Assembly (NCBI GenBank): GCA_016714005.1
Contig: JADJOA010000014.1
Coordinates: forward strand, 740,407-804,406
Direction of reading: 5' to 3'
Length of the DNA stretch: 64,000 nucleotides
DNA from: Bacteroidota bacterium
Lineage (GTDB): Bacteria > Bacteroidota > Bacteroidia > AKYH767-A > OLB10
The position numbers and the translations under genes were made by a program. Below, piece after piece: positions 44,442 through 55,626 of this stretch (positions within the stretch are counted from its first letter, which is position 1; each line of letters starts with the position of its first letter). Below the pieces are notes generated by a model that was not told where the DNA came from, made no database searches, and was given only the letters and a program-made list of their open reading frames with translations.

Positions 44442-45371
44442 TTAAGGTGTTAGGTTATTAAGGAATTTTAAAGATGAGTTTTCTCCCACAACAAACTCCG
44501 CATCACAACCAAAAATCAGCGCCTGATTTATTTCTGTATGCCCGGCAGGAAAAGAAAATGCAACAGGTATCTCCATATCCCTTACATAATCATAAATAAT
44601 TTCGGGAGCGGTTTTACCAAAAGGTGTTTCATTGTCTTTCATATCAGTCATACCTCCAATAAGTAATCCGGCAATGTCGTTTAGTTTTCCGCTGCGTTGC
44701 AAAGCATTCATCATGCGGTCTATATGATAAAGGTATTCATCCAGATCTTCTAAAAATAAAATTTTTCCGGTGGTATCAATATCGCTTTGTGTGCCAATGT
44801 TTGCATAAAGCATGGATAAGTTTCCGCCAATAATGGGCGCTGTTATACTGCGGTGTTTGTTAAAACCATCAAGCGAAGTTTCTGTTTGCCATTCGTAAAA
44901 AAGCTGTTCACCTTTTAATGATGACATGAATGAATCGTAACTCTGCATATTAAGTTTTTCTTTTCTGAAATTAAATGCCATAGCACTGTGTATGCTTTGC
45001 ATACCAAGGTAGGTGTGTATGTGACTGTGCAAAACAGTAATGTCGCTGTAACCGCACAACCATTTTGGATTATCCATCATGGGCGTAAAATCAACTTCGT
45101 CAACAATGCGCATGCAGCCGTAGCCGCCACGTGCGCATAAAATTGCTTTTACACTGTTGTCATCTATCATCTGTTGCAAATCGGCAGCGCGCTCATTATC
45201 GGTTCCGCTAAACTGGTTAAGGCTTTTGTATAAATTGTTGCCAGGTGTAACTTCAAAACCTTCCTGATGCAATAAGTTAATGGCATCATTCAAATCTTCT
45301 TTAGAAACTTTACGCGCAGGTGCTATAAGTCCAATTTTATCGCCTTGTTTTAAAAAATCGGGTTGAATCAT
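44442..45371 (-). CDS. ldcA: LD-carboxypeptidase (peptidase S66, LdcA-like)
   Basis: 309 aa. N-terminal GDKIGLIAPA, nucleophile motif CGYSDITVLH, C-terminal His region. Confidence 0.75.
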   Translation of the reverse strand: MIQPDFLKQGDKIGLIAPARKVSKEDLNDAINLLHQEGFEVTPGNNLYKSLNQFSGTDNERAADLQQMIDDNSVKAILCARGGYGCMRIVDEVDFTPMMDNPKWLCGYSDITVLHSHIHTYLGMQSIHSAMAFNFRKEKLNMQSYDSFMSSLKGEQLFYEWQTETSLDGFNKHRSITAPIIGGNLSMLYANIGTQSDIDTTGKILFLEDLDEYLYHIDRMMNALQRSGKLNDIAGLLIGGMTDMKDNETPFGKTAPEIIYDYVRDMEIPVAFSFPAGHTEINQALIFGCDAEFVVGENSSLKFLNNLTP

Positions 45372-45469
45372 AACTGTGGTTATCTTCGCGCAAAATAAAG
45401 AAATAGTTTAGGTTGTTTAGATGTAAATACTTGATTTTACTCTAAGCTCTTTACCACGAACGTTAAATT

Positions 45470-47522
45470 ATGTCGCGATACTTAGTTACTGCCGCTCTGC
45501 CTTATGCTAACGGTCCTGTTCACATTGGTCACCTTGCCGGATGTTATATACCTGCCGATATTTATGTGCGCTACCTCAGATTAAAAGGTGAGGATGTAAA
45601 GTTTATTTGCGGCAGCGATGAGCATGGTGTGCCCATTACCATTAAAGCAAAAAACGAAGGTATTACACCACAACAAGTAGTTGACAAGTACCACAAAATG
45701 ATGGGAGATGCCTTTAAGGAGTTTGGAATTTCGTTTGACATTTATTCACGCACATCCAATAAAATACATCACCAGACTGCGCAGGATTTTTTTAAAACAC
45801 TTTATGATAAAGGGGTGTTTGAAGAAATTGTTTCTGAACAATTTTATGATGAAGAAGCAAAACAGTTTTTAGCTGACAGATATATTGTGGGCACCTGTCC
45901 TAAGTGCGGCAACGAAAATGCCTATGGCGACCAATGCGAGAACTGTGGTTCATCACTTCAGCCGACTGATTTAATAAATCCAAAATCAAAACTAAGTGGA
46001 GCAAAACCTGTAATGCGCAAAACCAAAAACTGGTATTTGCCAATGGGAAAAATTCAGCAGTCGGAGGAATTTCAGGAATACATAAAACGTTTTGAAAACT
46101 GGAAGTCTAATATAAAGGGGCAATGCGATAGTTGGTTAAAGGAAGGTTTGCAACCGCGTGCAATGACACGTGATTTAGATTGGGGTGTTCCTGTTCCAAT
46201 TAAAGGTGCCGAAGGCAAAGTATTGTATGTTTGGTTTGATGCACCCATTGGTTATATCTCCGCCACCAAAGAGTTACTGAACGAAAGCTGGAAGAATTAT
46301 TGGTGTAACAAAGACTCTAAACTTATTCACTTTATTGGTAAGGATAATATTGTTTTTCATGCTATTATTTTTCCAATGATGTTGCAACAGCATGGCGAAT
46401 TTATTTTGCCAACTAATGTTCCGGCTAACGAGTTTTTGAATTTAGAAGGAGATAAAATTTCTACATCGCGTAATTGGGCAGTGTGGTTGCATGAGTATTT
46501 GGAAGAATTTAAAAATAAACAGGATGTTTTGCGTTACACCTTAACATCTATAGCACCCGAAACAAAAGATAGTGATTTCTCCTGGAAGGATTTCAGGGGA
46601 AAAATAACAGTGAGTTAGTAGCCATACTCGGCAATTTTGTAAACCGCACGTTGGTGCTTACCCAAAAATATTATGAAGGTAAAGTGCCTGTATGCGTTGC
46701 ACTAACTGATGCTGATAAAAACTGCATTGCCGAAATGCAAGGTTATCCTGCAAAAATCAGCGACTTGGTTGAGCGCTTTCGTTTGCGTGAGGCGCAAAGT
46801 GAGTTAATGAATCTTGCGCGATTAGGAAATAAATATTTGTCTGATAACGAACCTTGGAAATTAATAAAAACAGATGCAGAGCGAGTAAAAACTATTATGA
46901 ATATTTCTTTGCAGATAACTGCATACCTCGCTCCGTTGTGCGAGCCATTTCTTCCAAATACTTCCGCGAAAATTTACAGCATGCTTCAATTACAAAAAGT
47001 TAGTTGGAGTGGAATTAAAGATTTATTGCTAAAAGAAAATCATCAAACCGGAGATCCATCTTTATTATTTGAAAAATTGAAGATGATGTCATTCAAAAGC
47101 AAATAGATAAACTTCACGCATCAAAGGAAATCAGCAAACAACAGTTAGCAGTCAGCAGTGAAAGCTCACCTGAACCTAAAACTTCAGACCTTAAACCCGA
47201 AACCTCATTTGACGACTTCTCTAAAATGGATTTACGGATTGCCACCATACTTGAAGCAGAACGTGTTCCTAAAACAGATAAACTTTTAAAACTAAAAATA
47301 GATATGGGTTTTGAACAACGTACCATCGTTAGTGGTATTGCACATTGTTTTGATCCTGATAAAATTATCGGACAGCAAGTTACCATCATAGCCAACCTTG
47401 CGCCACGCAAAATAAAAGGCATTGAAAGTAAAGGAATGATTTTAATGGCTGAGGATGCTGATGGCAAGTTGAAGTTTGTTATGCCATCAGAAAAAACTGA
47501 CAGCGGGAGTTCGGTGAAGTAG
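45470..47522 (+). CDS. metG: Methionyl-tRNA synthetase MetG; split into 3 ORFs by two frameshifts (about 46600-46650 and 47100-47225)
   Basis: [27 protein letters not shown] (HIGH), Zn knuckle [23 protein letters not shown] region, anticodon-binding domain (46651-47106) and C-terminal EMAP/Trbp111-like tRNA-binding domain (47226-47522: [28 protein letters not shown]). Confidence 0.9.
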
Positions 47523-47525
47523 TAA

Positions 47526-47753
47526 CTATCTGCTAAATAATTTTTGCAGACTAACCAATGCCCACACACCTTCCAGTACCACAAAAGGCATGTAGCTTAT
47601 CAGCCATGATGCATAACAACTGATTGCTGCACCAAAAAAATTAAGTAACAAATAAACTCTATCACTTGCTTTCAGCTTGCCCGATGCATTTAAATAAAAT
47701 GCAAGCAACAAAAGACTTACACCAAAAGTGCCTGTTAATGTGGAGTAACTCAT
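47526..47753 (-). CDS. Hypothetical small membrane protein (75 aa, 2 TM)
   Basis: ORF with two hydrophobic helices, tail-to-tail with metG. Confidence 0.35.
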   Translation of the reverse strand: MSYSTLTGTFGVSLLLLAFYLNASGKLKASDRVYLLLNFFGAAISCYASWLISYMPFVVLEGVWALVSLQKLFSR

Positions 47754-47758
47754 TTGTG

Positions 47759-47850
47759 AAATTATGAATGTAGAATTATGAATTGGGTTTGCGGTTATGA
47801 CGGAGAATGATTTTGAAGGAGAATTAATTCATAATTCTGCAATCATAATT
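47759..47850. repeat. 92-bp palindromic element: 25-bp imperfect inverted repeats built from AATTATGAAT motifs around a 41-bp core
   Basis: Left aattatgaatgtagaattatgaatt. The right arm aattcataattctgcaatcataatt has 2 mismatches to the left arm's reverse complement. It lies between the kynA stop and the downstream small gene. Confidence 0.5.
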
Positions 47851-47852
47851 CA

Positions 47853-48853
47853 TCATTTTTTTCCAAGCACTTCTTTTTCCACCCATCCTTTGCCCCAGTT
47901 TTCTTTTTCTTCGGCTGTCCATAACTCAGGATAAAAAATTCTTTTTTGAAAACGGGGAGGTAAATATTTCTGCCAGTTGGTTCCGCCAGTTGCCGGTATA
48001 TCTGTGTCTCCGGCTTGTAAATAACGCACTGCAGATTTATAATGTACAAGCGGCCAAAAAACATTTACGTTTAAGTCAAGTTGTTTAAGTGCTTCAATCA
48101 GTTTTGGGTTGTGCTGATCTTGCGCTGAAAGTGATTTATATTTTTTCCAGAGATTATTATTTACACATGATTCAGCAAGAGCTATAAACTCATTGGTATA
48201 CTTTTTTTCAAATTGTTTTAAGGTAAGTGTTTTCTTTCCTGTTTCAAGTTCTGTTGCTCCTTTATTCCAGTAGATGTTTTCAAACATTTCTTTAATGTGA
48301 GATGTATCATTAAATTTTGCTCTTACATCTTTATCAACTAAATTGATAAACGATGTGGCGTAAATTTCAATCTTACGATACTGTGCACTCTGAAAACCAC
48401 TTGCAGGTAATAAAGCCATTCTATACAACCGGAATTGTTCTTTCTCCATTCCGTTAATCATTATCTCAAATGATTTGGTGAGTGCTTCAAAGTATCTGTT
48501 AATACGTGTAACACGCTCAATAAAAAATTTACATCAATTGATTCTTTCCATCCTAAATCATGTCCATTGGCTAAAATATTTCTGCCATTGTTTGCAATCT
48601 GCTCCATCTCATGCAACGATAGCCTGAAATATAATTCAGTAATTTGGTGATAGATGATAAAAATCAATTCATCCGGAAAATCAGTCTTAGGAGTTTGTAA
48701 AGTAAGTAACGTGTCAACATTTACATAGTCCCAATAGGTTGTATAGTTCGAGAGAAGCAAACCATCAAGGTAAGAATTCATGTCCTGACCCATTGATGCA
48801 TACTTGTCTTGTAGCAGTTCTAAGCGTTTTAAGGTGTCATCAGAAAATTGCAT
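47853..48853 (-). CDS. kynA: Tryptophan 2,3-dioxygenase (KynA/TDO); frameshifted at about 48461
   Basis: The N-terminal ORF carries YLDGLLLSNY...DELIFIIYHQITELYFRL. The C-terminal ORF 47853-48461 carries ...ATGGTNWQKYLPPRFQKRIFYPELW. Confidence 0.75.
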
Positions 48854-48931
48854 AACGGAAAAATTTTTGTGAAAATAAGCAGTTTAACAAAAGACTTTAG
48901 TGGTTAGGGTAATGATTATTATCAAGAAAAT

Positions 48932-48965
48932 AAAAAGAGGCTGTTCAATTGAACAGCCTCTTTTC
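48932..48965 (-). terminator. Perfect 13-bp palindromic hairpin terminator downstream of the Zn-peptidase gene
   Basis: agaggctgttcaa|ttgaacagcctct, flanked by an A-run and T-run. Confidence 0.5.
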
Positions 48966-48994
48966 TAAAGTTTGAAATTTGTTTAACTCAATAG

Positions 48995-49675
48995 TTAATC
49001 TCTTCTTCCGCCTAAGTAAATCATTACATAATACATAAGCGTGGCAACAGCCTGTAAAGCGGCAACAACATACGTCATAGCAGCCCACCATAAAGCATCT
49101 TTAGCTTTTGCATGTTCAGCGTTGTTTACAATTCTTGAGTTCTCAAGCCAAACCAAAGCGCGCTTGCTTGCATCAAACTCAACAGGCAATGTTATTACTG
49201 AAAATAAAGCAGTGGTTGCAAAAAGTACTATGCCAATCAGCAGCAAAGTAGGAAAGGTATTGATAAGCAAAACTCCTCCGAGCAATACCCATGGAACCCA
49301 TGTAGAGGCAATACTAACAACTGGAACCAAAGCACTACGCAATGTTAACATGCTGTACGCACGTGCATGTTGCACTGCATGCCCGCATTCGTGAGCGCTA
49401 ACTGCGGCAGCAGCAGCGTTGCGACCATAGTAAACATCATGGCTCAGATTAACGGTTTTATTTGCAGGATTGTAGTGATCTGTAAGTTGACCTTCAACAG
49501 AAATAACTTTTACATCGTTAATTCCATTGTCGCGCAACATCTTATCGGCAATTTCAGCCCCACTCATGTTGGTACCCAATGTTTCCATTGAGTATTGTTT
49601 GAATTTGCTTTTTAGTCTCATGCTTACCAACCAGCCAACGAGCATAAAGGCAATAGAAATAATGTAAATCATCAT
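48995..49675 (-). CDS. Membrane-anchored neutral zinc metallopeptidase (Zn_peptidase_2 / YpfJ-like)
   Basis: N-terminal TM helix, HExxH (SAHECGHAVQH), C-terminal TM helices. Confidence 0.75.
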   Translation of the reverse strand: MMIYIISIAFMLVGWLVSMRLKSKFKQYSMETLGTNMSGAEIADKMLRDNGINDVKVISVEGQLTDHYNPANKTVNLSHDVYYGRNAAAAAVSAHECGHAVQHARAYSMLTLRSALVPVVSIASTWVPWVLLGGVLLINTFPTLLLIGIVLFATTALFSVITLPVEFDASKRALVWLENSRIVNNAEHAKAKDALWWAAMTYVVAALQAVATLMYYVMIYLGGRRD

Positions 49676-49772
49676 GTGTTTAAATTTTTTTTAGTTTGTT
49701 TTAAATGATAACAATTGTAATGTTTATTTGGTTTATCAAATGCTGTGCAATCAATTTTTAAATGCTAAAATG

Positions 49773-50815
49773 TCATTTTAACTCTTTGTATAGTACCAAG
49801 TAAGTAGGAAAGTGGTCAGAATATCCGCCCATATATCTGCCAAAATCGTAAGTGCGGAATGGATATCCTTTATATCTGCCTGTTTTTTGTACCATAAATT
49901 CTTTTTTAAAAATTCGCGCTTCTTTAAAGAAAAAACCGGGTTGTTTTTTTTCTAACCACGGTTGAGAAATAATTATCTGGTCAAATAAATTCCATGAATC
50001 GTTGTATGCAAGTGTTCCAATTCCTTCTTTATAATAAGATACCCATGGGTTGTACAATCCTTTCTCTTTTACATCGCGCATATCACCAACAGAGCCCAAA
50101 ACTTCAGCAACACTTGGGCTTACAGGGTCATCGTTCAAATCGCCCATGATTACAATTTTTGAAGCCCCATCTTTTTGCTGAATAGAATCAATTTTTGCTT
50201 TACCACTCCTGCTGCCTTCATACGGTAAGGCGCTGATGCTTCCTCGCCACCTCTCCGCGAGGGCCAATGATTTACGAAAATATGAATGGTTTCGCCATTA
50301 TATTTTCCGGAAACATAAAGAATATCGCGTGTAAAACGTGGAGTACCATCAGTATTTTTAATATCAACAAATAAAGGTTCAGAGAAAACGGGAGTAAAAT
50401 ATTTTGGGTTGTAGAGCAATGCTACATCCACTCCACGCTCGTCAGGAGAGTGGTAGTGAACAACTTTGTAGTTGCGTGATTTAAGTTTTGGTGTGGCAGA
50501 TAAATCTTTAAGCACAGCGTCATTTTCTATTTCTGCGCAGCCAATTAAAGACAAACCATCAGGAGAAACATCAGTTCCTATCTGAGAAAGAACTTCTTCT
50601 AGTTTGCTAAGTTTATCAATATAAACTTGAGGAGTATATCTATTTGCTCCTTCAGGTAAAAACTCCTCATCGTTTTTGTTAGGGTCATTAATAGTGTCGT
50701 ACAAATTTTCTAGGTTGTAAAAACCAATCAACCCAACTTTGTATTGTTTTTTTTCCTGTGCAAAACTCACAGGACAGGTTGCAATAAACACAACAGCTGC
50801 AATTAAATTTTTCAT
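49773..50815 (-). CDS. Secreted endonuclease/exonuclease/phosphatase (EEP) family protein; frameshifted near 50150-50270
   Basis: Signal peptide MKNLIAAVVFIATCPVSFAQ. EEP blocks (GLIGFYNLENL, IGCAEIEN, HIFVNHWPSRRGG ... IVIMGDLNDDP, GYSDHFPTYLVL). Confidence 0.65.
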
Positions 50816-50882
50816 GCGTCAAAACTAATAAAACTGAATTAGCAGGCTTATGAAAGAAAAGTTAAGTGATTACAGCAAAAAA

Positions 50883-52195
50883 TTACTGGGCAGGAAAAGA
50901 AATAACAAACTCGGTTCCTTCCCCCACTTTCGATTTAAGCACTATTTCGCCATTAAGGTTTCTAACTATATCGTGGCTAATGCTTAATCCTAAACCGGTA
51001 CCATCACCGGGAGGTTTGGTTGTAAAAAAGGGATTGAAAATTTTTTCTTTAATCTCATCTGGTATTCCAATGGCGTTGTCCTTAATAGAGATAAAAATTT
51101 TCTCATTTTCAAGTTTGGTTGAAACAGTTAATTGAGGTGAATAATCAGGTGCTGTTTCAGGGTTATTTTTTTTATCGTTTAATGCATAAAACGCATTATT
51201 GATAATGTTAAGCAATGCACGTGCAACATCTTGAGGAACGGTGCTTATCAACGGAACTTTTTCATCGTAATTCTCTATTAGTTTACATTCAAAGCCATGT
51301 ATGTTTGATTTAATGCCTGCATAAGCCAAAAACAAATACTCTTTGCAAATACTGTTGAGGTTTGTCATTTCAAACTCTCCTTTGCTCAGGCGGCTATGAT
51401 CAACCATTCGTTTGATAATACGGCTTGCACGGGTGCCATGCTGGTGTATACGTTCTACGTTAGCAAGTATATCTTCAAGTATTGCTTTTTGTTCCTCTGC
51501 GTTTTGCTCCGATTTATAATCAGTAATGAGTCCAGTTGTAAGTAAAGCAAAATTATTTACAAAGTTTAAAGGGTTTTGCAATTCGTGAGCAATGCCTGCG
51601 GTGAGTTGTCCTAATGATGCAAGCTTCTCCTGGCGAACAAGTTTTTCTAAAGAAAGCTCCAGTTCATGCAAAGCATCGGCAAGCTCTTTATTTTTTACGT
51701 TAAGCTCTTCTGTTCTTTTTTGTACCAAAACTCAAGCTCAGCTTCTCGGTTTTTAAGATAAGCAATGTATGATTGATTTTGGGAGCGCATACGTCTGCTG
51801 AGTGATGACATGATATCTTTTGTCATTTCAGGAAACATATTCAGCACACTGTAAAAATCATTCCTGTCTACACTTAATAATATCACATCATTGTAGGCGG
51901 TAACAGAAGAAGATCGTGGTTCATTATCAATTATTGAAAATTCACCAAAATAGTTTCCATCATTTAGCAATGCAAGCTCCTGTTCGCCATCATGCACTTT
52001 AACGGTGCCGGATACAATAATGTAAATGGAGTCGCCTGCATCGCCCTTTCTGATAATAGGCGAACTGCTCAAAAAATTTTGAACCGTGCATTTATCGGCA
52101 AGGTGCATCAGCATGCCCGGGCTTACATGCTTAAAAAAAGATATACCGGATAGAATTTTTAAAATATTTTCTTTGTCGATGCTTTTGCCTGCCAT
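50883..52195 (-). CDS. Sensor histidine kinase with N-terminal cyclic-nucleotide-binding (cNMP) domain; frameshifted near 51700-51730
   Basis: cNMP-binding domain (FFKHVSPGMLMHLADKCTVQNF...GDAGDSIYIIVSGTVKV...GEFSIIDNEPRSSSVTA). HisKA H-box (LTAGIAHELQNPLN). HATPase_c (NIINNAFYAL, D/G boxes GDGTGLGLSIS). Confidence 0.7.
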
Positions 52196-52248
52196 AAAAA
52201 ATTTGATGTGTAAATATAAAAAGTTTATTTTTAGATTTTTATTGCCTG

Positions 52249-52848
52249 ATGAAATCATATTTTGACACCTTAAAACCAATTGTTGTTAAAAAGTTTGAGC
52301 AATTACTTGCACCACATTTTTTTTATCACTCTTTGCAACACACTCTTGTGGTAGCTGCAACTGCCCAAACTATTTGCCAGAGAGAAAATATTGCTGAACA
52401 TGAAGCAGATCTTGTAAAAACCGCAGCTTTGTTTCACGATACGGGTTTCTTTTATACAACATTTAATCATGAAGAAAAAAGTTGTGAAATAGCTTTGGAG
52501 CATATGCCCGATGCCGGTGTTTCGGAAAATGAGATGGAAGCAATTTGCCGAATTATAATGGCAACTAAAATGCCTCACAATCCCACTGATATTTTACAGG
52601 AAATTATTTGCGATGCTGATTTGGATTATTTAGGCAGTGAAGATTACGAGCCTATATCAAATTTACTTTTTAAAGAAATGAACGCACGTGGCGAAATTTA
52701 TTCTGACATGTATTGGTTACAAATGCAGTTGGCTTTTTTGGAATCGCACAGGTACTTTACCCAATCATCAAAACAATTGCGAAATGCAGGGAAGGAAATT
52801 CAAATTATTAGACTAAAAAAACAAATTCAGGGAAACCTGAAAAATTAA
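52249..52848 (+). CDS. HD-domain phosphohydrolase family protein
   Basis: LQHTLVVAATAQTICQ...HEADLVKTAALFHDTGF (H..HD motif) and downstream D residue (ICDADLDYLG). Confidence 0.7.
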   Translation: MKSYFDTLKPIVVKKFEQLLAPHFFYHSLQHTLVVAATAQTICQRENIAEHEADLVKTAALFHDTGFFYTTFNHEEKSCEIALEHMPDAGVSENEMEAICRIIMATKMPHNPTDILQEIICDADLDYLGSEDYEPISNLLFKEMNARGEIYSDMYWLQMQLAFLESHRYFTQSSKQLRNAGKEIQIIRLKKQIQGNLKN

Positions 52849-53600
52849 ACTACCTTATTATCTTCCTTGTACCTTCTTAAAAGGTAATTCATTCCTGTTA
52901 AACTGTTCTCTATCCATTGCCATCTTAATTCTTCTTTTTCGGGGTCGGTTAAATGCCAGTTAATATTGCTTTTTCTTAAACGCTTATTAAGCTCGTAAAA
53001 CACAATTCCTGCTGCCACCGAAATATTAAAGCTCTCTGTAAACCCGTACATAGGTACGGTCAATTGTATATCAGATAATTTTAAAAGCCTGGGTGTAATA
53101 CCCGAGCTCTCTTGACCAAAACAAACTGCCAGTGGGTTATCAATACTTAAATTTTCGGGAGTATTATTTTCTTTTCCAGGTACAGTCGCAATTATGCGAT
53201 AACCTTTTTCTTTTAAAAGTTTAATAGATGTGAGTTGATATGCTTCATCCAATTCAACATATTTATTAACAGTCATCCATTTATATGAACCTTTATTTAC
53301 AGACTTGGCAGGTTTAAATGTACTCTGATAATTTACGATGTGAATATCCTGCATACCCAATGCTTCGCAACTTCTTATTACTGCATTTGAGTTTTGGTGA
53401 TCAAAAACATTTTCAAGAACAGCAGTAATATAACGCGTTCTGTTGTTGAGTTTTTCTTCAATTTTTTCCTTTTTACTGTTTGAGATAAATTGAAGAAGCC
53501 AGTTATAGAGTTGCTGTGAGCGTAACTCAATTGGGATGTTATGTATGTGATGCTTAACCAATCTAAATGTGCAGGTGTTTTTGCAAATGTAGTGTTGCAA
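52845..53600 (-). CDS. SpoU/TrmH-family tRNA/rRNA 2'-O-methyltransferase
   Basis: NSNAVIRSCEALG, GQESSGIT and PMYGFTESFNISVAAGIVFYEL (SPOUT motifs). Confidence 0.75.
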   Translation of the reverse strand: MQHYICKNTCTFRLVKHHIHNIPIELRSQQLYNWLLQFISNSKKEKIEEKLNNRTRYITAVLENVFDHQNSNAVIRSCEALGMQDIHIVNYQSTFKPAKSVNKGSYKWMTVNKYVELDEAYQLTSIKLLKEKGYRIIATVPGKENNTPENLSIDNPLAVCFGQESSGITPRLLKLSDIQLTVPMYGFTESFNISVAAGIVFYELNKRLRKSNINWHLTDPEKEELRWQWIENSLTGMNYLLRRYKEDNKVV

Positions 53601-53687
53601 AAGCTATGGGGGTTGGTGCAAGTTAAAATATTTGAACTTTATGCAAATTTTTTGTGTGGCAAGTTTACCTTTGAGCAAACAATATTT

Positions 53688-54790
53688 ATGATTAAAGTTT
53701 TTTTTATGCTTAGCATAAACCTTCTTTTGTTTGTAAACACGCCAGCGCAAAACAATCAACTAAATTACAATGCCGTTTGTTTTTATTACAACTGGTATGG
53801 CTCGGTGCAAATTAATGGCAAGCCTTATCACTGGGCGCATAATGTAATGAAGCAAAACGATAAAGATACTGCGACCTCATTTTTTTCCGCAGAGGGTAAC
53901 ATAGGTGCAAATTTTTATCCCGAAGCCGGTGAATATTCAAGTGCCGATTCTTCAATTGTTGATTTACACATGAGGCAAATTGCAAAAGCAGGCATTGGGG
54001 TGTTGGCTGTAACATGGCTTGGAAAAGATGATTATACTTTTAATAGTGTGCTTGTTGTTTTGAATGCTGCAGCACGTTATGCAATAAAAATATGTTTTCA
54101 GATAGAACCTATAGTGCGCAAAACAGCTTTCACCACTCGCTTTGAAATGGAATACATCATATCCAAATTCGGAAATCATCAGGCATTTTATCGAAATGCA
54201 AAAACAAACCGACCTTTGTTTTTTATTTACGACTCGTATGTAATTGATGCCAGACAATGGGCACAGGTGTTAACCGAAAGCGGAAGTCATACCATAAGAA
54301 ATACAAGTATTGATGCTGATGTAATTGGGTTATGGGTGACTGAGAAAGAGGAAGAGTTTTTTTTAACATCAGGCTTTGATGGTTTTTACACCTATTTTGC
54401 AAGTTCAGGATTTACCTATGGTTCAACTCAGGCAAACTGGAAAAAATGCAACAGTGGGCAAAACAAAACAATAAAATTTTTATTCCATCGGTTGGTCCTG
54501 GTTATTTAGATGAACGCATACGACCCTGGAATGCTGGAAACACCAAGAACAGGCAAAACGGAAAATATTACGATGATATGTTTAATGCTTTAATTAAAAG
54601 TGGAACACAATGGGTTGGCATAACTTCGTTTAACGAATGGCATGAAGGAACACAGATAGAACCTGCAAAACCATTTATGATTAGTGATTTTAAATATGAA
54701 GACTATGAACCTTTAGCGCCTGATTATTATTTAAACCGCACAAAGTATTGGCTGGAGAAATTTAAAGCAGTAAAAGAAGTGACTAAATAA
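53688..54790 (+). CDS. Secreted GH99-like glycoside hydrolase (endo-alpha-mannosidase family); frameshifted near 54450-54510
   Basis: Signal peptide MIKVFFMLSINLLLFVNTPAQ. YYNWYG...HW N-terminal block and ITSFNEWHEGTQIEPA in the C-terminal ORF, both characteristic of GH99. Confidence 0.6.
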
Positions 54791-55607
54791 AATCGGCAAA
54801 CTTTCTTTCTGTCCTCCTGAAAAAAATAATACCCCAAATCAAAAGTAAAGCAGCCGCGCAAACTGAAATAATTATTGCCGGCATGTAAATAATATTTTGT
54901 TCACCAAGTATTGCCCACCTGAAACCATCAATAACGCCTACCATAGGATTAAGTGAATAGAATAACTTCCATTCTTGTGGAATTACATTACTACTGAAAC
55001 CAACAGGAGAAATAAACAAACCAAACTGAACAATAAACGGTACAACAAATTTAAAATCGCGGTACTTTGCGTTTAAGGCACTTACGTAAAGCCCCGCACC
55101 TAAAGCAATAATTAATCCGAGCAGAAAGAAAAACACGATGGAAATAATTTTTATGCCGGGAACAAATTGGTAAAACACCATAATTAAAAACAGCAAGCCA
55201 AGTGAAATTAAGAAGTCAACCACACTAACCATGACCGAACTTATTGGAATAATAATTCGAGGAAAGTAAACCTTGGTTAACATGCTTGAGTTACTCACCA
55301 ATGAATTGGAAGCATCAGTAAATGCGTTGGCAAAAAACTGCCAGGGCAACATAGCTGCTCCAACCAATAAAATATAAGGCACTCCGGTATCAGGCAATTT
55401 GGCAACGTAATGAAATATGCCGGTAAAAACCACCATTGTTAAAAATGGTCTTAACACGCTCCATGCTACCCCAATAAAAGTTTGTTTGTAGCGAACTAAC
55501 AAATCTCGCCATGCAAAAAAGTAAAATAGCTCCCTGAACTTCCACACATCGCGCCAGTAGTTGATGTTGCGTTTGGCAGGGTTTATTTCTAAATCGTATT
55601 CGTGCAT
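54783..55607 (-). CDS. ABC-2 type polysaccharide/polyol-phosphate export permease (Wzm/KpsM/TagG-like)
   Basis: 274 aa with 6 TM helices and the ABC-2 N-terminal signature (WRDVWKFRELFYFFAWRDLLVRYKQTFIGVAWSVLRP). No cognate ATPase gene adjacent. Confidence 0.75.
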   Translation of the reverse strand: MHEYDLEINPAKRNINYWRDVWKFRELFYFFAWRDLLVRYKQTFIGVAWSVLRPFLTMVVFTGIFHYVAKLPDTGVPYILLVGAAMLPWQFFANAFTDASNSLVSNSSMLTKVYFPRIIIPISSVMVSVVDFLISLGLLFLIMVFYQFVPGIKIISIVFFFLLGLIIALGAGLYVSALNAKYRDFKFVVPFIVQFGLFISPVGFSSNVIPQEWKLFYSLNPMVGVIDGFRWAILGEQNIIYMPAIIISVCAAALLLIWGIIFFRRTERKFADFI

Positions 55608-55626
55608 TGGGAGATAAAAATGGTTT

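Noticed and set aside
47114-47584. 156-aa minus-strand ORF overlapping the metG C-terminal tRNA-binding domain
   Set aside because: Antisense to a well-conserved Trbp111/EMAP domain coding sequence; an artefact of codon complementarity.
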